Assembly (NCBI RefSeq): GCF_006345805.1
Contig: NC_043004.1
Span: 73,284,001-73,348,000 of the forward strand
Reading direction: 5' to 3'
DNA length: 64,000 nt
From: Octopus sinensis
Lineage: Eukaryota
Shown: positions 1 through 12,556 of the stretch, in pieces
Layout: every line of letters begins with the position of its first letter
Position numbering within the stretch: the first letter of the stretch is position 1
Program-made: the position numbers and the translations under genes
The notes under the pieces: generated by a model
Databases searched by the model: none
What the model saw: only the letters and a program-made list of their open reading frames with translations
What the model was told of the DNA's origin: nothing

Positions 1-619
1 GTTCGTCCGTCCGTCTGTCTGTCTGTCTGTCTGTGTGTCTCTCTACCTATCTATCCCTCTATCTATCTGTGTGTATCTTTATACATGCGCGTTAGTGTGT
101 GCGTGTGTTTGCCACCAGTGCTAAAAAGTACTCTCGCCTAAATAGCTTCATGTCCAGTCAGCTATGCCAAATCGCCATCGTCCAATCAACTGCGCCCAAC
201 CGCCTCATTCCGGATAAAGTCGTTGGGTGCGGCTTTCTTTCTTCTCTCTAAACACACACACACAATTACACAAATATAAACTCACAAGCCTCACAGATAC
301 TAAGAAGTGCAACAAACAATAAAAATCAAATTTAGGCATAAGAAAGACATAAAATGAAGAATTACACAAACATTCCTGCGGTGTCTCACAACCAAAATAT
401 CAACTCCATACTTGTATGTGCAGTTGAAGCTTATAATAATATTTTTTAAAAAAAGGTTAAAATGAAGACGAGGGCAAAGGAAAGATGAGGAGGAGGAGGA
501 CGAGGAAGAGGAGGAGAAGCACAGCTGAAATATGAAATGTATTTTGAATAGGAATAGAAGCATGTTGGCGTTAAATTCAGTGTTAAGTATCCCGCACTTA
601 AATTCTCTCTTTCTCTCTC

Positions 620-782
620 TCTCTCACACACACACATAGACATACACACGCAGACAGACATAGACACACACACACACTACACACTCGAGTACGCACATAG
701 ATACACACACTAAATACATATACATCCACGCTCACGAACATACACACACATAATGATACACAAACATATAATATATCTCTCT

Positions 783-844
<62 letters not shown>

Positions 845-960
845 GTATGTCTGTCTGTCTGTCTGTCTATACGTTCGTACGTATATATATGTGTGTGTGT
901 GTGTGGTGTGTGTGTGTGTGTGTGTGCGTGTGCGCGCGTTCGTGCGTGTGTGAGTGTGTA
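620..960. repeat. Compound microsatellite (CT)n/(CA)n, (TATC)n, (TGTC)n, (GT)n
   Basis: Visible directly; pure (TATC)n at ~784-845. Confidence 0.95.
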
Positions 961-965
961 TCTAA

Positions 966-1014
966 CTTGCCTGAAGAGCCTACGTTCGTTACAGGTGAAA
1001 CTCAGAGTATCAAG
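966..1014 (+). ncRNA. Candidate minimal type I hammerhead ribozyme (Penelope-associated style)
   Basis: CUGAAGA (971-977), stem II GCCU/AGGU (978-981/993-996), GAAA (997-1000), stem III ACUC-A-GAGU, cleavage triplet GUA (1007-1009), stem I CUUG/CAAG (966-969/1011-1014) with a C.U mismatch at the closing pair. Confidence 0.6.
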
Positions 1015-1954
1015 AAACTGACTCGACCAGAATAATGTGTGTGTGTGTGTGTGTGTGACCTCATATGTTGAAACATATTTTCTTGTAACTTTGGAGGGTC
1101 ATTGTGCCAATAATAAACACACACATATTAGTTCCATTCTACCCCCTTTTACTGTTTATTTGTCAATTGCTCAACTCTGAAGCAGATCTGAAATAGAGAG
1201 GGGAATCATTAATGAGGTCGCGATCGGTAATGAAAAGACTTTGCCAAACTTGATCTATCATAGATTGATTAACCGAACAAATAATCAAGCAATCAAATAG
1301 TTAACCAATTGACAAATAAATAAATTAATAAATAACAAGGCAGTGAAATAGTACCTGTGCGTGTGTTTATTGCTGGCAAAATGACCTTCTCGAGGTATAA
1401 TAAAATATCCAGTACTTTTGTCGAAATTTGTAGAGCAGTTGATAAAGTTTGTGATAATGATCCTGAGTGGGAATGAATGTTATGGCATTGAAAGATGCGT
1501 GGACATGATGTTGAAACCCAACCATGACATCTTGGAAGAAAGAAGAAGAAAGTCGCTGCTCACAACACTCTATAGTAGTTCGTGATGAAGAAGAGAAAAG
1601 GAGTCCACAAAACATGACGACCATCAGACTCGAACATCCCATTGTCATATTAAATATTAGTGAAAGAATCAGACAACGGCACCAAGACGCAATCAAGCGA
1701 TGACATTCAAAAGTTTACCAAAAAGAAATGTAAAAAATTTCCGTTGTTTTATGTTTAAACATACATGAACCATATTTGAACGTTTAAAATATTTCGCTAA
1801 TTTATAAAAAAAAAAGTGCAGCGATGTAACTACAATTTAGTAAAATTTTAGTAAGTCCGGAGACGAATTTTACTTAACTATATTGTGACTGGGTCTTGTT
1901 TTCTGACTTCTCATTTTACATTGCGCTTCTAGTGGGAACATAAATCTAAAATAA

Positions 1955-2443
1955 TTGAAACCACGTTTTGCTCTCCGGGTTAATAGACCATATATTATAG
2001 TGAAAATCCACATTGCCAAAACATGTTCATGTTCGCTAATAGATATGTCAATCGCAGCAAAGTTTCACACCTTTGTGAAAACCTTTGAAAAGTTAAGTAA
2101 ATTAAAAAATCTTGAAGTAGATTTCTCGAAAATGAGGCATCTAAGAACGACAACTGTACCTGTGATCGTTGGTGCTTTGGGAATGTATCAAATGGAACCC
2201 TGAAATACTATACTATGGTCAAGTGAAAAGAAAACCAAAAGTATCTCGTCACCAAAAATTTGTTTCATACGTCAATCTGAATATATTTTCATCTTTTAAA
2301 TCCTTTCAAAATCGGAAATATCACAACAAAGTTTTAGCGAATTCTTAATTCTTAGGATTTAGACCTTCTTTCTGTGAAATATATCATTACTACAAGACAA
2401 CAAGAACGAAAACATACGCATAAAAATGGTAATAATAATAATA
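1955..2443 (+). mobile_element. 3' remnant of an R4/Dong-type (restriction-like endonuclease) non-LTR retrotransposon
   Basis: ORF 1955-2203 reads NRPYIIVK...SLIDMSI...EKLSKLKNLEV...KMRHLRTTTVPVIVGALG, matching the RPD...ID...EK..KY..L...PV.VGALG pattern of REL endonucleases. A putative 3' UTR follows and ends in a short (TAA)n at ~2430-2443. Confidence 0.75.
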
Positions 2444-2463
2444 CTAATGTAATGTAATATAGT

Positions 2464-2503
<40 letters not shown>

Positions 2504-2648
2504 ATATAAACACATGCACACACATAAAAACACTGTTGGATTTCTGAGATTGTTATTCAAAATACATGCAAAATTACCACCCCAGACGCTTCCATCTGTC
2601 TTGTTATTACGCATTCTGAAACACTTAAGATTGTTTTCTACGTACGTG

Positions 2649-2690
<42 letters not shown>

Positions 2691-3087
2691 GTGTATATGT
2701 ATGTGTTTGAAGGTGTGTGTGTATGTATGCTTTAAGAAATAGTCTTGTAATGGCGACAATGTAAGATAAGGGCCAATACGAAGAAACCACACGAAAATTC
2801 TTTGGTCGAAAAAACCGTTTCCTCTAAACTGTACAAAACAATAACCACAGTTAAATGTGGTAGCAATTGATGGAAAATACTAAACAAAAATGTATTTATC
2901 TTTAGTGGCTGACATGTGTTCAAGCGAATGGCGTTGTTTTTAAGACTGGGTTGTTAATTGTGTATTAATCACCTTCAACACGAGAGTACTTCGTAATAAC
3001 TACTCAAAAAAAAAAAAAGAAGAATCTAAAAGATATATATACACACAAGTGAGATTGTAATGCAGCTTTTTATATAATTGTTTATTG

Positions 3088-3200
3088 TATCATCATCGCC
3101 ATTATCATCGTCATCATCGTTGTCGTCGCCATCATCATCATCATCATCATCATCATCGTCATCTTCACTGTCATCATCATCATCATTATCATCATCATCA
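3088..3200. repeat. (ATC)n trinucleotide repeat
   Basis: Visible directly. Confidence 0.95.
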
Positions 3201-3552
3201 TTTAACATTTCTATTGCAGAAAAAAAAATCAAAAGAACATCCAGATTGGATCTCCAGTTTAAGAGAGACCGCCTTCCTTCCTCGCCCACTCATCAGAAGC
3301 TGTGTCTTCACTCCTGATTTAAAACACGAAGAAAAATGTTCGTCGAATTAACATAGTCAGGTTATCTTCGTTGTAAGTATCGACATCTCCTCTGATTACC
3401 CGCCACCCCGCAACACAACTGCTGCCTAAATTTCATACGCTGTCATTAACAACGAATCTGGTTTCGAAACGCAGCCGATATTAGTTATCTCCTGTTTTCA
3501 GAACAAGGGAGAGCGACGGAAAGATTACCGAGCATTCTCGATAGAATACTAA

Positions 3553-3990
3553 TCAGACATCATCATCATTATCAGCGTCACCGTCACTTTCACCGTCACC
3601 TACACCTCCCACCACTATCCTCCTCCGCCTCAGCATCACCGTGACATTCACTCCCACCACTATCCACTTCCTCCTCCTTCTCCTCCTCTTCATCATCATC
3701 GTCATCATCATCATCATCATCACACCCACCAGTATCCACTTCCTGCTCTTCCTCCTCCTCCTCATCAGCATCACCGTGACATTCACTCCCACCACTATCC
3801 ACTTCCTCCTTCTCTTCTTCATCCTCCTCCTCCTCCTCATCATCATCATCACCACCGTCACTCGTCACCATCACTTCCACCTCCTCACCAGTGCCATCAT
3901 CGTCGTCTTCCTCCTCCTCACCATCACCACCGTCACTCATCATCGTCATCATCGTCCTCATCATACTCATCCTCTTCATCACCTACCATC
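3553..3990. repeat. Degenerate CAT/CCT/CAC trinucleotide tract containing a 135-bp-period duplication
   Basis: cagcatcaccgtgacattcactcccaccactatccacttcctcct occurs at 3631 and again at 3766. Confidence 0.85.
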
Positions 3991-4179
3991 CTGCCACCGC
4001 CGCAACCACCGGTGCCGCCAGCGCACCACCTGCAATAGGGTACTTAATTTATCGTAGCCGAAGATACTCAGGTACATCGATAACTATTACATTTCTGTTT
4101 CGGTGTTGCCCAAAAGGAAAAACAGATATGTCACTCAAGATTAATATAATCAGTGTTTATTATAAACTTATACATTTGC

Positions 4180-4290
4180 GTTCGAATCCAACCGTGGTCA
4201 AGTTTGCCTTTCATTATTTAGAGTTCGATTAAATAAAATACCAGTCAGGTATTGAATTCGATGTAATCGATTAAACACCTTCCCCACTCC
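4180..4290 (+). mobile_element. SINE family B fragment (degenerate)
   Basis: ggtcaagtttgcctttcat...gatgtaatcgat resembles the family B body. Confidence 0.65.
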
Positions 4291-5584
4291 ACATTGCAGG
4301 CTTTATGAGTAAATTGAGAACGATCACGAATTGGGATATATTCGTGACTTGACGCAGCTAAAGCCTTGCGTTCCTGTATTCAACTGTTGGACTACAATAG
4401 TTATTGTCAAATAAGGGAGAAGACTTCGGGTAATTAATGTCAGAGTTTTATCACAATCACTTGTATCTAATCAACCCTTGGGCTATTAAAAGTTCCAAAG
4501 TTATTCACACACACATTTACTCACTCACTCACTCACTCACTCACTCACTCACTCACTCACTCACTCACCACTCCCCCCTCTCTCTCTCTTATACACTCGA
4601 TCATGCATGCACAATGATATTTAACACGCTCATGTACATTCGAACTTGGTTAGACCGTTTGCTGTGAAAATAGACCCAGGGAAAATATCTCCTCTTAGAC
4701 AACATATAAAAATACACTGGGCTATAAATGATGTTTTCGAATCGTTGGACTCATATGCGTTTCTTCGTTGTTACACATTATCAGTGACGAATGCCAAATT
4801 TGCTGTTGACAAACCAGTCCGAACTAACGTTCTGACATATAAGAAAAGCAAACAGTAAATTTGCTGGCGTGTGTAAAGCTTACTCAAGCTGGAATTATTT
4901 AGAGTCGCATGGAATAGCATCAAATAAAATATAAGCATGTGCAATGAAATTTAACATTTAAAAATAAAATACAAGAAACACTGTCTACGAAGAGCTTCTC
5001 AGCAGGTGGATGGACCCACAGTGACCCAACCCTAACACAACTTTACTTCTGGAAGACAATTTTTCTTTAAATTTTCTTTTATACTCTTTTATTATTGTCA
5101 AAATTATTCCATATTTTTTCTGATCACAAATAGTTCATTTCGGACTACTTTATACAACGCACCCTTTCATTTTTAAAGACAGATCTTCCCCACATTGCCT
5201 ACAAAAAACCTTCCTTCCTCTTCTAAAGATAATAGGGTAATGTTTCTAGCATGTTGAGCACAAACATTTGGGCTCTCTCCTCTCGTCTGCTTGTCGTTGT
5301 TTTTGTTATTAAGCACTCCTTATGGAGACCCCTACAATCATCAAAAGCATTCCCCCTACAACTATCTCATTTTATCTTTAGACATAGAATATCTAAAACC
5401 ACATTATACATTGTGTTATTTGAGGGAAATTCGGTTACTATTTCTAGTGCCGAGAGGCTGCAGAGAGGATTCATATCACCTGTTGTTGTTTAACCCAAGA
5501 TAATATCTGATTACCTGTCAAAAACATCCAAGCAATGATTAACCCGTTGTTTTAACAGTTTTAACAACTGTATTATAAAATGCA

Positions 5585-5800
5585 GAAGGCACATGGCGTG
5601 GTGGCTAGGATGTCACATTGGTGATCGCAAGATGGCGGTTTCTATTCCCGGATCGGGCGGTGTGTCGTGTTCCTGAACAAACACTCCATTTTGTGATGCC
5701 TCAGTTTACTCAGATGTAAATGACTAACACTGACTCATTTTGGCGCCAGGCTTCGGAAGTTTGTTGTGATCTCAATCGCCATGGAAACCGGACAACCAAA
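5585..5800 (+). mobile_element. SINE family D (degenerate)
   Basis: tRNA-like head with A and B box remnants, followed by the body and catggaaaccgg, also seen at ~35780. Confidence 0.6.
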
Positions 5801-6284
5801 CCTAGGAGTCGAAAAAATACTTAATTTCTGTTTTTTCACTATAAAATGTGCCTTTCCTATGTTAATGACCGCAGAGTGCGATTCGAGGCAGATTTGACTA
5901 CTTTTTCAAGCATGAAAAACAAATCCATTGAAACTTCCTACATAACTCGTATATTATGGTTGAAACAGAAACTTAGGTTAAAATAGTTCATAGAGAGAAT
6001 ATACCTATTACTACAATGAGATAGACAATATAAATGTACAAGACGCCTAGAATTTGACCTTTATACAGTGTAAGGGTTGTTATATTTTTCTTCTTCTTTA
6101 TAATGGTAATAAGGATAATATGGATGTAGCAGACACGATAACACGGTTTCAAATCGCTGTTGAAACGGATTTTGGTTCCAGAGATAATTATTGAGCAATA
6201 ACTGAGAATGATGGAAGAGAATTATATTGGGGAATCGGTTAGCATTTGACACTCTAGTCTACATGACACCTACTTTGTCTCGAT

Positions 6285-6730
6285 CATACATACATGCATA
6301 TGCTACATACATACATACATACATACATACATACATACATACACACATACATACATACACACATACATACATACATATATACATACATACATACATACAT
6401 CATACATACACATACAAACATACACACACATAACATACATAATACATACATACATAAATACATACATACATACATACACATACATACATACATACATACA
6501 TCATACATACATAACATACATACATACATACACACATACATACATACATGCATGCATACATACATACATATATACATACATAAGTACACGAGTAAATCCG
6601 GACACACAAACATGCATCCATACATTTATACATACATTCGTAGAAACATGCATATTGGCATATATATATATATATACATACATACAATGATGCACATAAG
6701 CATACACACACACACACATACACGCGCGCA
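6285..6730. repeat. (CATA)n/(CA)n microsatellite field
   Basis: Visible directly. Confidence 0.95.
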
Positions 6731-7729
6731 CATTAAAAGCGGACGGTTCTCTAATCGAAGCTGAGTTTCACGTCACCGATTTTTCAAACAATTGAAGTAC
6801 AGAAACTTTGTTAAGCATATAAGCACAAGTGTTTGCAAAATACATCTAAATATGATACATCATTGAAATTAGTCCCCGATGATTAATAACATCTTCGGTT
6901 ATGCCAAGAGGCATATTTATGTGACCGAGATCATATAATGGTGGAAATGTAAAAATAAACTCAGTTATTCATCAGCATTAAGCTACATTTACAATGACGC
7001 CTTTCGTTGATAACGTGTCTTTTATGGATATGATGAAGACATCAAAAGCCATCACTTGCTTTTGCATGTTAATAACACAAACACACGTTTTACTTAAAAC
7101 AAATGAGTCGGGAATGAGAGACGCATTTTAGACAATTTTTCAGCAACCAACAACGACCTTGATGGTTAATCAAATTTGCTTGGGATTTCTTTTGTTCGTT
7201 TCTGACGCTGCTTTCATTATCAATTGTTTGAGTAATAGGCAATGTGAAACTATTAATAATTAAAGAATATTTAGCTCCTTATACATATGCACACTATGTT
7301 ATAAGTATTGAATACTTTTCCGAGTCCATAAATTCAAACATCCGCCAATTTGTATATACTTTAGTATAAATTCCACATTTCTAAACTCACTATATGAACT
7401 ATATTTGGAATACAAGATAATATAACGGATTTTACATATGAATATCATGGATTATGGCAGAAGAATAACCAAAGAAGTAGATATGGATTTAAAGACTTTC
7501 ATCAAAAGCAGTAATTTTTAATTTTTAATTTATCTTTCAAACAAACACTATTTTATAGTTTTACTTCAAATTAAAAAAAAATTACCATTCGATATGGTAT
7601 ACAACTCTTCTGTGAAACGATCGTAAGATGCTTTAAATAATTAATTAAAAACTTTTAAAGTGTTATATACGTTATATATTTATGCTTATACATATTTACA
7701 TATATTTTTTATACATATTTATATTTATT

Positions 7730-7908
7730 TATTTATATATGTTTAATACAACAATTATTTTTCACACGAGTACATCTTTTTGAGGAGTTTTGATATTGAT
7801 TTCTTAATATTAATAATAATATATTATTAAAAGATATATATATTATACATATATGTATACAAATATATATATATACATATACATGTAAATATACATATAT
7901 ATATATAT

Positions 7909-7944
<36 letters not shown>

Positions 7945-8111
7945 GCATCCATATACAATATATACATATATACATATTACATATAGATAGATATATATAC
8001 ATATATATATATATATATTATACATATATACATATATATGCATATATACATATATATATATACATATATACATATATATATGCATATATATATGCATATA
8101 TACATATATAT

Positions 8112-8152
<41 letters not shown>

Positions 8153-8177
8153 ATATATATATATATATATACATATA
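7730..8177. repeat. (TA)n/(TATACA)n microsatellite field
   Basis: Visible directly. Confidence 0.95.
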
Positions 8178-8550
8178 GGCGCAGGAGTGGCTGTGTGGTA
8201 AGTAGCTTGTTTACCAACCACATGGTTCCGGGTTCAGTCCCACTGTGTGGCACCTTCTACTATAGCCTCGGGCCGACCAAAGCCTTGTGAGAGGCTGAAA
8301 GAAGCCCGTCGTATATAAATATGTATGTATATGCTTGTGCGTCTGTGTTTGTCTCCCCACCATCCCTTGACAACCGATGTTGGTGTGTTTACGTCCCCGT
8401 TACGTAGCGGTTCGGCAAAAGAGACCGATAGAATGAGTACTAAGCTTACAAAGAATTAGCCCTGGGGTCGACTCGTTCGACTACAGGCGGTGCTCCAGTA
8501 TGGCCGTAGTCAAAATGACTGAAACAAATAAAAGAATAACAGAATAAAAG
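8178..8550 (+). mobile_element. SINE family A (tRNA head, internal microsatellite, short-repeat tail)
   Basis: Head ggcgcaggagtggctgtgtggtaagtagcttg with B box ggttcagtccc; 3' part ...tgactgaaacaaataaaag. Carries internal deletions relative to the copy at 59692. Confidence 0.9.
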
Positions 8551-8789
8551 TATATGCGTATGTGAATGATATTGTATTGATACAAGCCAACTGGCACATA
8601 CACATAGCCGCGTATATACATCAGTAGACACGTGTTTGGATTAAGAAAATATGCGATGCTTGCTGTGTCAGTGAACTCGATATCATATCAAAGGGTTTAT
8701 TTGTCGGAGCGAAAAAGGTGAGAGGTGAAAATGGGAGGGAAAGGTGGATTGTTTGACGCTGGGGAAGAAGGAATGTAAGGGAATAGTGG

Positions 8790-9000
8790 GAGAAACGGTG
8801 TGAGAACGTTAGCAATGGGAGTAAGGGAAATAAAAGAGAGAGAAAAGAGAGAGAGAGAGAGAGAGAGAAAGAGGGAGAAGAAAGGAAGAAGGAAAGAGAG
8901 AGAGAGAGAGAAAGAGGGAGAAGATAGGAAGGAAAAAGAGAGAGAGAGAGAGAGGTTGGCTTTGATAGAGAGAGTAGAGAGCAGAGAAAGATAAGAGCAA
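8790..9000. repeat. Polypurine (GA)n tract
   Basis: Visible directly. Confidence 0.9.
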
Positions 9001-9127
9001 CCGGTTTGCAGAAAGGGATATGAATTTGTCAGAAGCGAAATGCTAGGTTCCACGGGTTCACGGATTAACTATGGGCTTCATACGCAGAATTGTTATATGG
9101 AAATTGTTATAAATAATAATAATAATA

Positions 9128-9200
9128 ATCGACCCCGAAAGGATGAAAGGCAAAGTCGACCTCGACGGAATTTGGACTCAGAATGTAATGACGGCGTGCT
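9128..9200 (-). mobile_element. SINE family B fragment
   Basis: cgaccccgaaaggatgaaaggcaaagtcgacctcg...actcagaa. Confidence 0.85.
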
Positions 9201-9480
9201 AACTATTCTGCAAATAATAATAAAATTCAAAGGAGTAGAAGGAAATCAGTGCGTGTATTTATTATTGGCATGATGACCTCTCCACGAGATTCATCAAAAT
9301 ATGTTTCAACACTTGAGTTTACATGAAGAATCTTGTAGATCAAACACAGAAATAAAATACTAAAGGACATTGTTTTAGAAAATTGCCAAAAAGAACTGTT
9401 AGAAAGAATTGCCAGAATTGTTGCTTATGATTGTTGAGTATAACTATTACATCGATAGGTTGTATATGATTATTATACAG

Positions 9481-10048
9481 ACCTAGGCACAAGACCCGAA
9501 ATTTTGGGTGAGGGGGCCAGTCGATTACATCGACCCCAGTACGCAACTGGTACTTAATTTATTGATCCCGAAAGGATTAAAGGCAAAGTCGACCTCGGCG
9601 GAATTTGAACTCAGAACATAAAGACAGACTAAATACCTATTTCTTTACTGCTCACAAGTGGCTACACACAGAGGGGACAAACAAGGACAGACAAACGGAT
9701 TAAGTCGATTACATCGACTCCAGTGCGTAACTGGTACTTAATTTATCGACCCCGAAAAGATGAAAGGCGAAGTCCACCTCGGCGGAATTTGAACTCAGAA
9801 CGTAACGGCAGACGAAATACCTATTTCTTTATTACCCACAAGGGGCTAAACATAGAGGGGACAAACAAGGACAGACATAGGTATTAAGTCGATTACATCG
9901 ACCCCAGTGCGTAACTGGTACTTAATTTATCGACCCCGAAAGGATGAAAGGCAAAGTCGACCTCGGCGGAATTTGAACTCACAACGTAACGCAGACGAAA
10001 TACCGCTACGCAGTTCGCCCGGCGTGCTAACGTTTCTGCCAGCTCGCC
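9481..10048 (-). mobile_element. SINE family B head-to-tail trimer (one head, ~184-bp period)
   Basis: Three bodies with junctions at ~9631 and ~9815; a full tRNA-like head only at 10000-10048. Confidence 0.92.
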
Positions 10049-10270
10049 ACGTGAACTATGGAAATATTACTTATAATAGGTGCCGGCATTGCTGTATGGT
10101 TAAGAGGCTCGCTTAGCAGCTACATGGTTAATTAATAAAAAAAAAAAAAGGGCTCTTCTTCAGAAAAAGGAGACAGAGGAAAGTCCAAGTGAAAAGGAAG
10201 ACGGAGGGAAAAATCGCCAATAATCCACATGTAGTTACATTATACATACGCACACACGCACGCACACACG

Positions 10271-10350
<80 letters not shown>

Positions 10351-10489
10351 TACGACGGACTTCTTTCAGTTTCTATCTAGCGAATCCAATCATAAGGCTT
10401 TGGTTGGCAATCATAAGGCTAGGTGCCACGCAGTGGAACTGAACCTGGAAACATGTGGTTGGGAAGCAAGCATCTTACCACACAGCCAC
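10351..10489 (-). mobile_element. SINE family A, 5' part
   Basis: catgtggttgggaagcaagcatcttaccacacagccac is the reverse complement of the family A head. Confidence 0.8.
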
Positions 10490-10564
10490 GATGGAAAAAA
10501 AAGACGGCTGGTCACGGCTTGAATGCTCATAGGTCTGTTCGACGAGTATTGACCTGGGACTAGC

Positions 10565-10587
10565 AATAATAATAATAATAATAATAA

Positions 10588-10618
<31 letters not shown>

Positions 10619-10775
10619 AAGAAGAAGAAGAAGAAGAAGAAGAAGAAGAAGAAGAAGAAGAAGAAGAAGAAGAAGAAGAAGAAGAAGAAGAAGAAGAAGA
10701 AGAAGAAGAAGAAGAAGAAGAAGAAGAAGAAGAAGAAGAAGAAGAAGAAGCAACAGCAACAACAACCAGAACAAT
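10565..10775. repeat. Compound (AAT)n-(AAG)~53-(CAA)n repeat
   Basis: Uninterrupted GAA from 10591 to 10750. Confidence 0.97.
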
Positions 10776-10821
10776 TTGTGTTCCAAATATGGGCACATGA
10801 CCTGAGACTTTGTTGGTGGGG

Positions 10822-10918
10822 CAGTCAATTACATCGACCCCAGTGGTTAACTGCTACTTATTTTACCGAGGCCGCGAGAAAATGAAAAGCAAAGTCGACC
10901 TCAGTGGAATTTTAACTA
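10822..10918 (-). mobile_element. SINE family B fragment
   Basis: attacatcgaccccagtg...gcaaagtcgacctcagtggaattt. Confidence 0.8.
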
Positions 10919-11339
10919 AAACAACAACAACAACAAAAACAACAACAACAACAACAACACGTCATCAAAATCTCCTACATTCCTGTGGTCACCAAACTCC
11001 CGCACATCAAACTAATTTGACTCAATAACCCATATTTCGAAAACACGACCCTCTCCTAGCCCTAAATTAACCAGAAATTCACCCTGTTATCTGACACACC
11101 CAGCTGCTGCCCGTTCGCCACCCGATCCTCCACGTGTTGCCCTTTGATGACTGATGAATATTTAATCGCACGTTTAGAAAACGTGTCCCTTCTAGACACC
11201 TCCCCATTATAATTTCGAAATGCCACTACGGTATCTTCTTCTAACTTTTAGGCTCTACGTTGGATTTCGCTGCCTACAACACACACCACATACATATTTA
11301 TTTACTTACATATAACCATATGGATGCACATTCGTACAG

Positions 11340-11531
11340 ATGTATCTGTACATTCACACGCGCACTAACATGCACACACTTATATTTCTAATCGCATATA
11401 CACATACACTTATACATATGTCTATACGCACACATGTCATTTCAATGTGTATTTATACACATATACACACATACATGTGTGTGTGTCTGTGTATGTATGT
11501 ATGTATGTATGTATGTATATACATACATATA

Positions 11532-11570
<39 letters not shown>

Positions 11571-11595
11571 TGTATATATACATATTTATGCATGC

Positions 11596-11653
<58 letters not shown>

Positions 11654-11714
11654 ATATACATGTATACACACACATAAGTTTGTAGCCACACATATATAAA
11701 GAGACAGAAAATAG

Positions 11715-11766
<52 letters not shown>

Positions 11767-11935
11767 CAGATAATAAATAGATAGATTGATAGAGTGAGAG
11801 ACAGATAGATAGAGGGAGGGAGAGAGAGAGACAGATAGATAATAAATAGATAGATAGATAGATAGAGAGAGAGAGGGAGAGAGAGAGGGAGAGAAAAAGA
11901 GAGAGGGAGAGCAAGTGAGAGAGACGCATACGCAT
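11340..11935. repeat. Compound (TA)n/(TG)n/(GATA)n/(GA)n field
   Basis: Visible directly. Confidence 0.95.
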
Positions 11936-12059
11936 ATTTACAGTCAGATACGTAGACTAGTTGAATATGTAAATACAGAAAGGGGAGGAGAACGAGTGAG
12001 AGGAAGAGATTACATGGTGAGATAAACAGATGGTTGGAGAAAATACGTACACCACAGGT

Positions 12060-12094
<35 letters not shown>

Positions 12095-12556
12095 TGTTGT
12101 ATACGTGTGGGTTTGTGTGTGTGTGTATAGATAGTGGGTGGAATTAGTGTCTTTGTATGTTACCCTTCAAATTCCTGCCACGTTTCTAAGGTCGTTCGTA
12201 TCACATGTGATACGCAGGACTTATTTCTTTGCAATCCATGCTTTATATTTGATACACATTCCCAATAATTTTTCAAAGACCAGAGTAACTTAGGAATTAC
12301 GAAAGGTAAGTTTTTTATATTACGCAGAATGTACGAAACAAGGGTGAACTATATGTCTGAATAATTAAATAAATAAATAAATAAATAAATCATGGATGTT
12401 CAGGACAAACTTATAAAAATGCTTTGGACAGGCAATGGGTTTATCTCTACTCAGATCAGCTCTATTTCAGTAGACATGGTTTAAATTGTTCCAGTTATGA
12501 CCATCCGGTTTTTTGTACAAGTTTCTAGGCCTGCATTATATGTATTCCTATATTAG

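Noticed and set aside
8178-8260. tRNA-like sequences here and at other SINE heads (e.g. 16330, 19986, 31062, 35864)
   Set aside because: A and B boxes are present, but each runs into a SINE body and lacks a complete cloverleaf. They are not tRNA genes.
10140-10175. Minus-strand CTGAAGAAGAGC resembling the start of the 22901 hammerhead family
   Set aside because: It runs into poly-T with no GCTC-GAAAC half, so it is too short to call.
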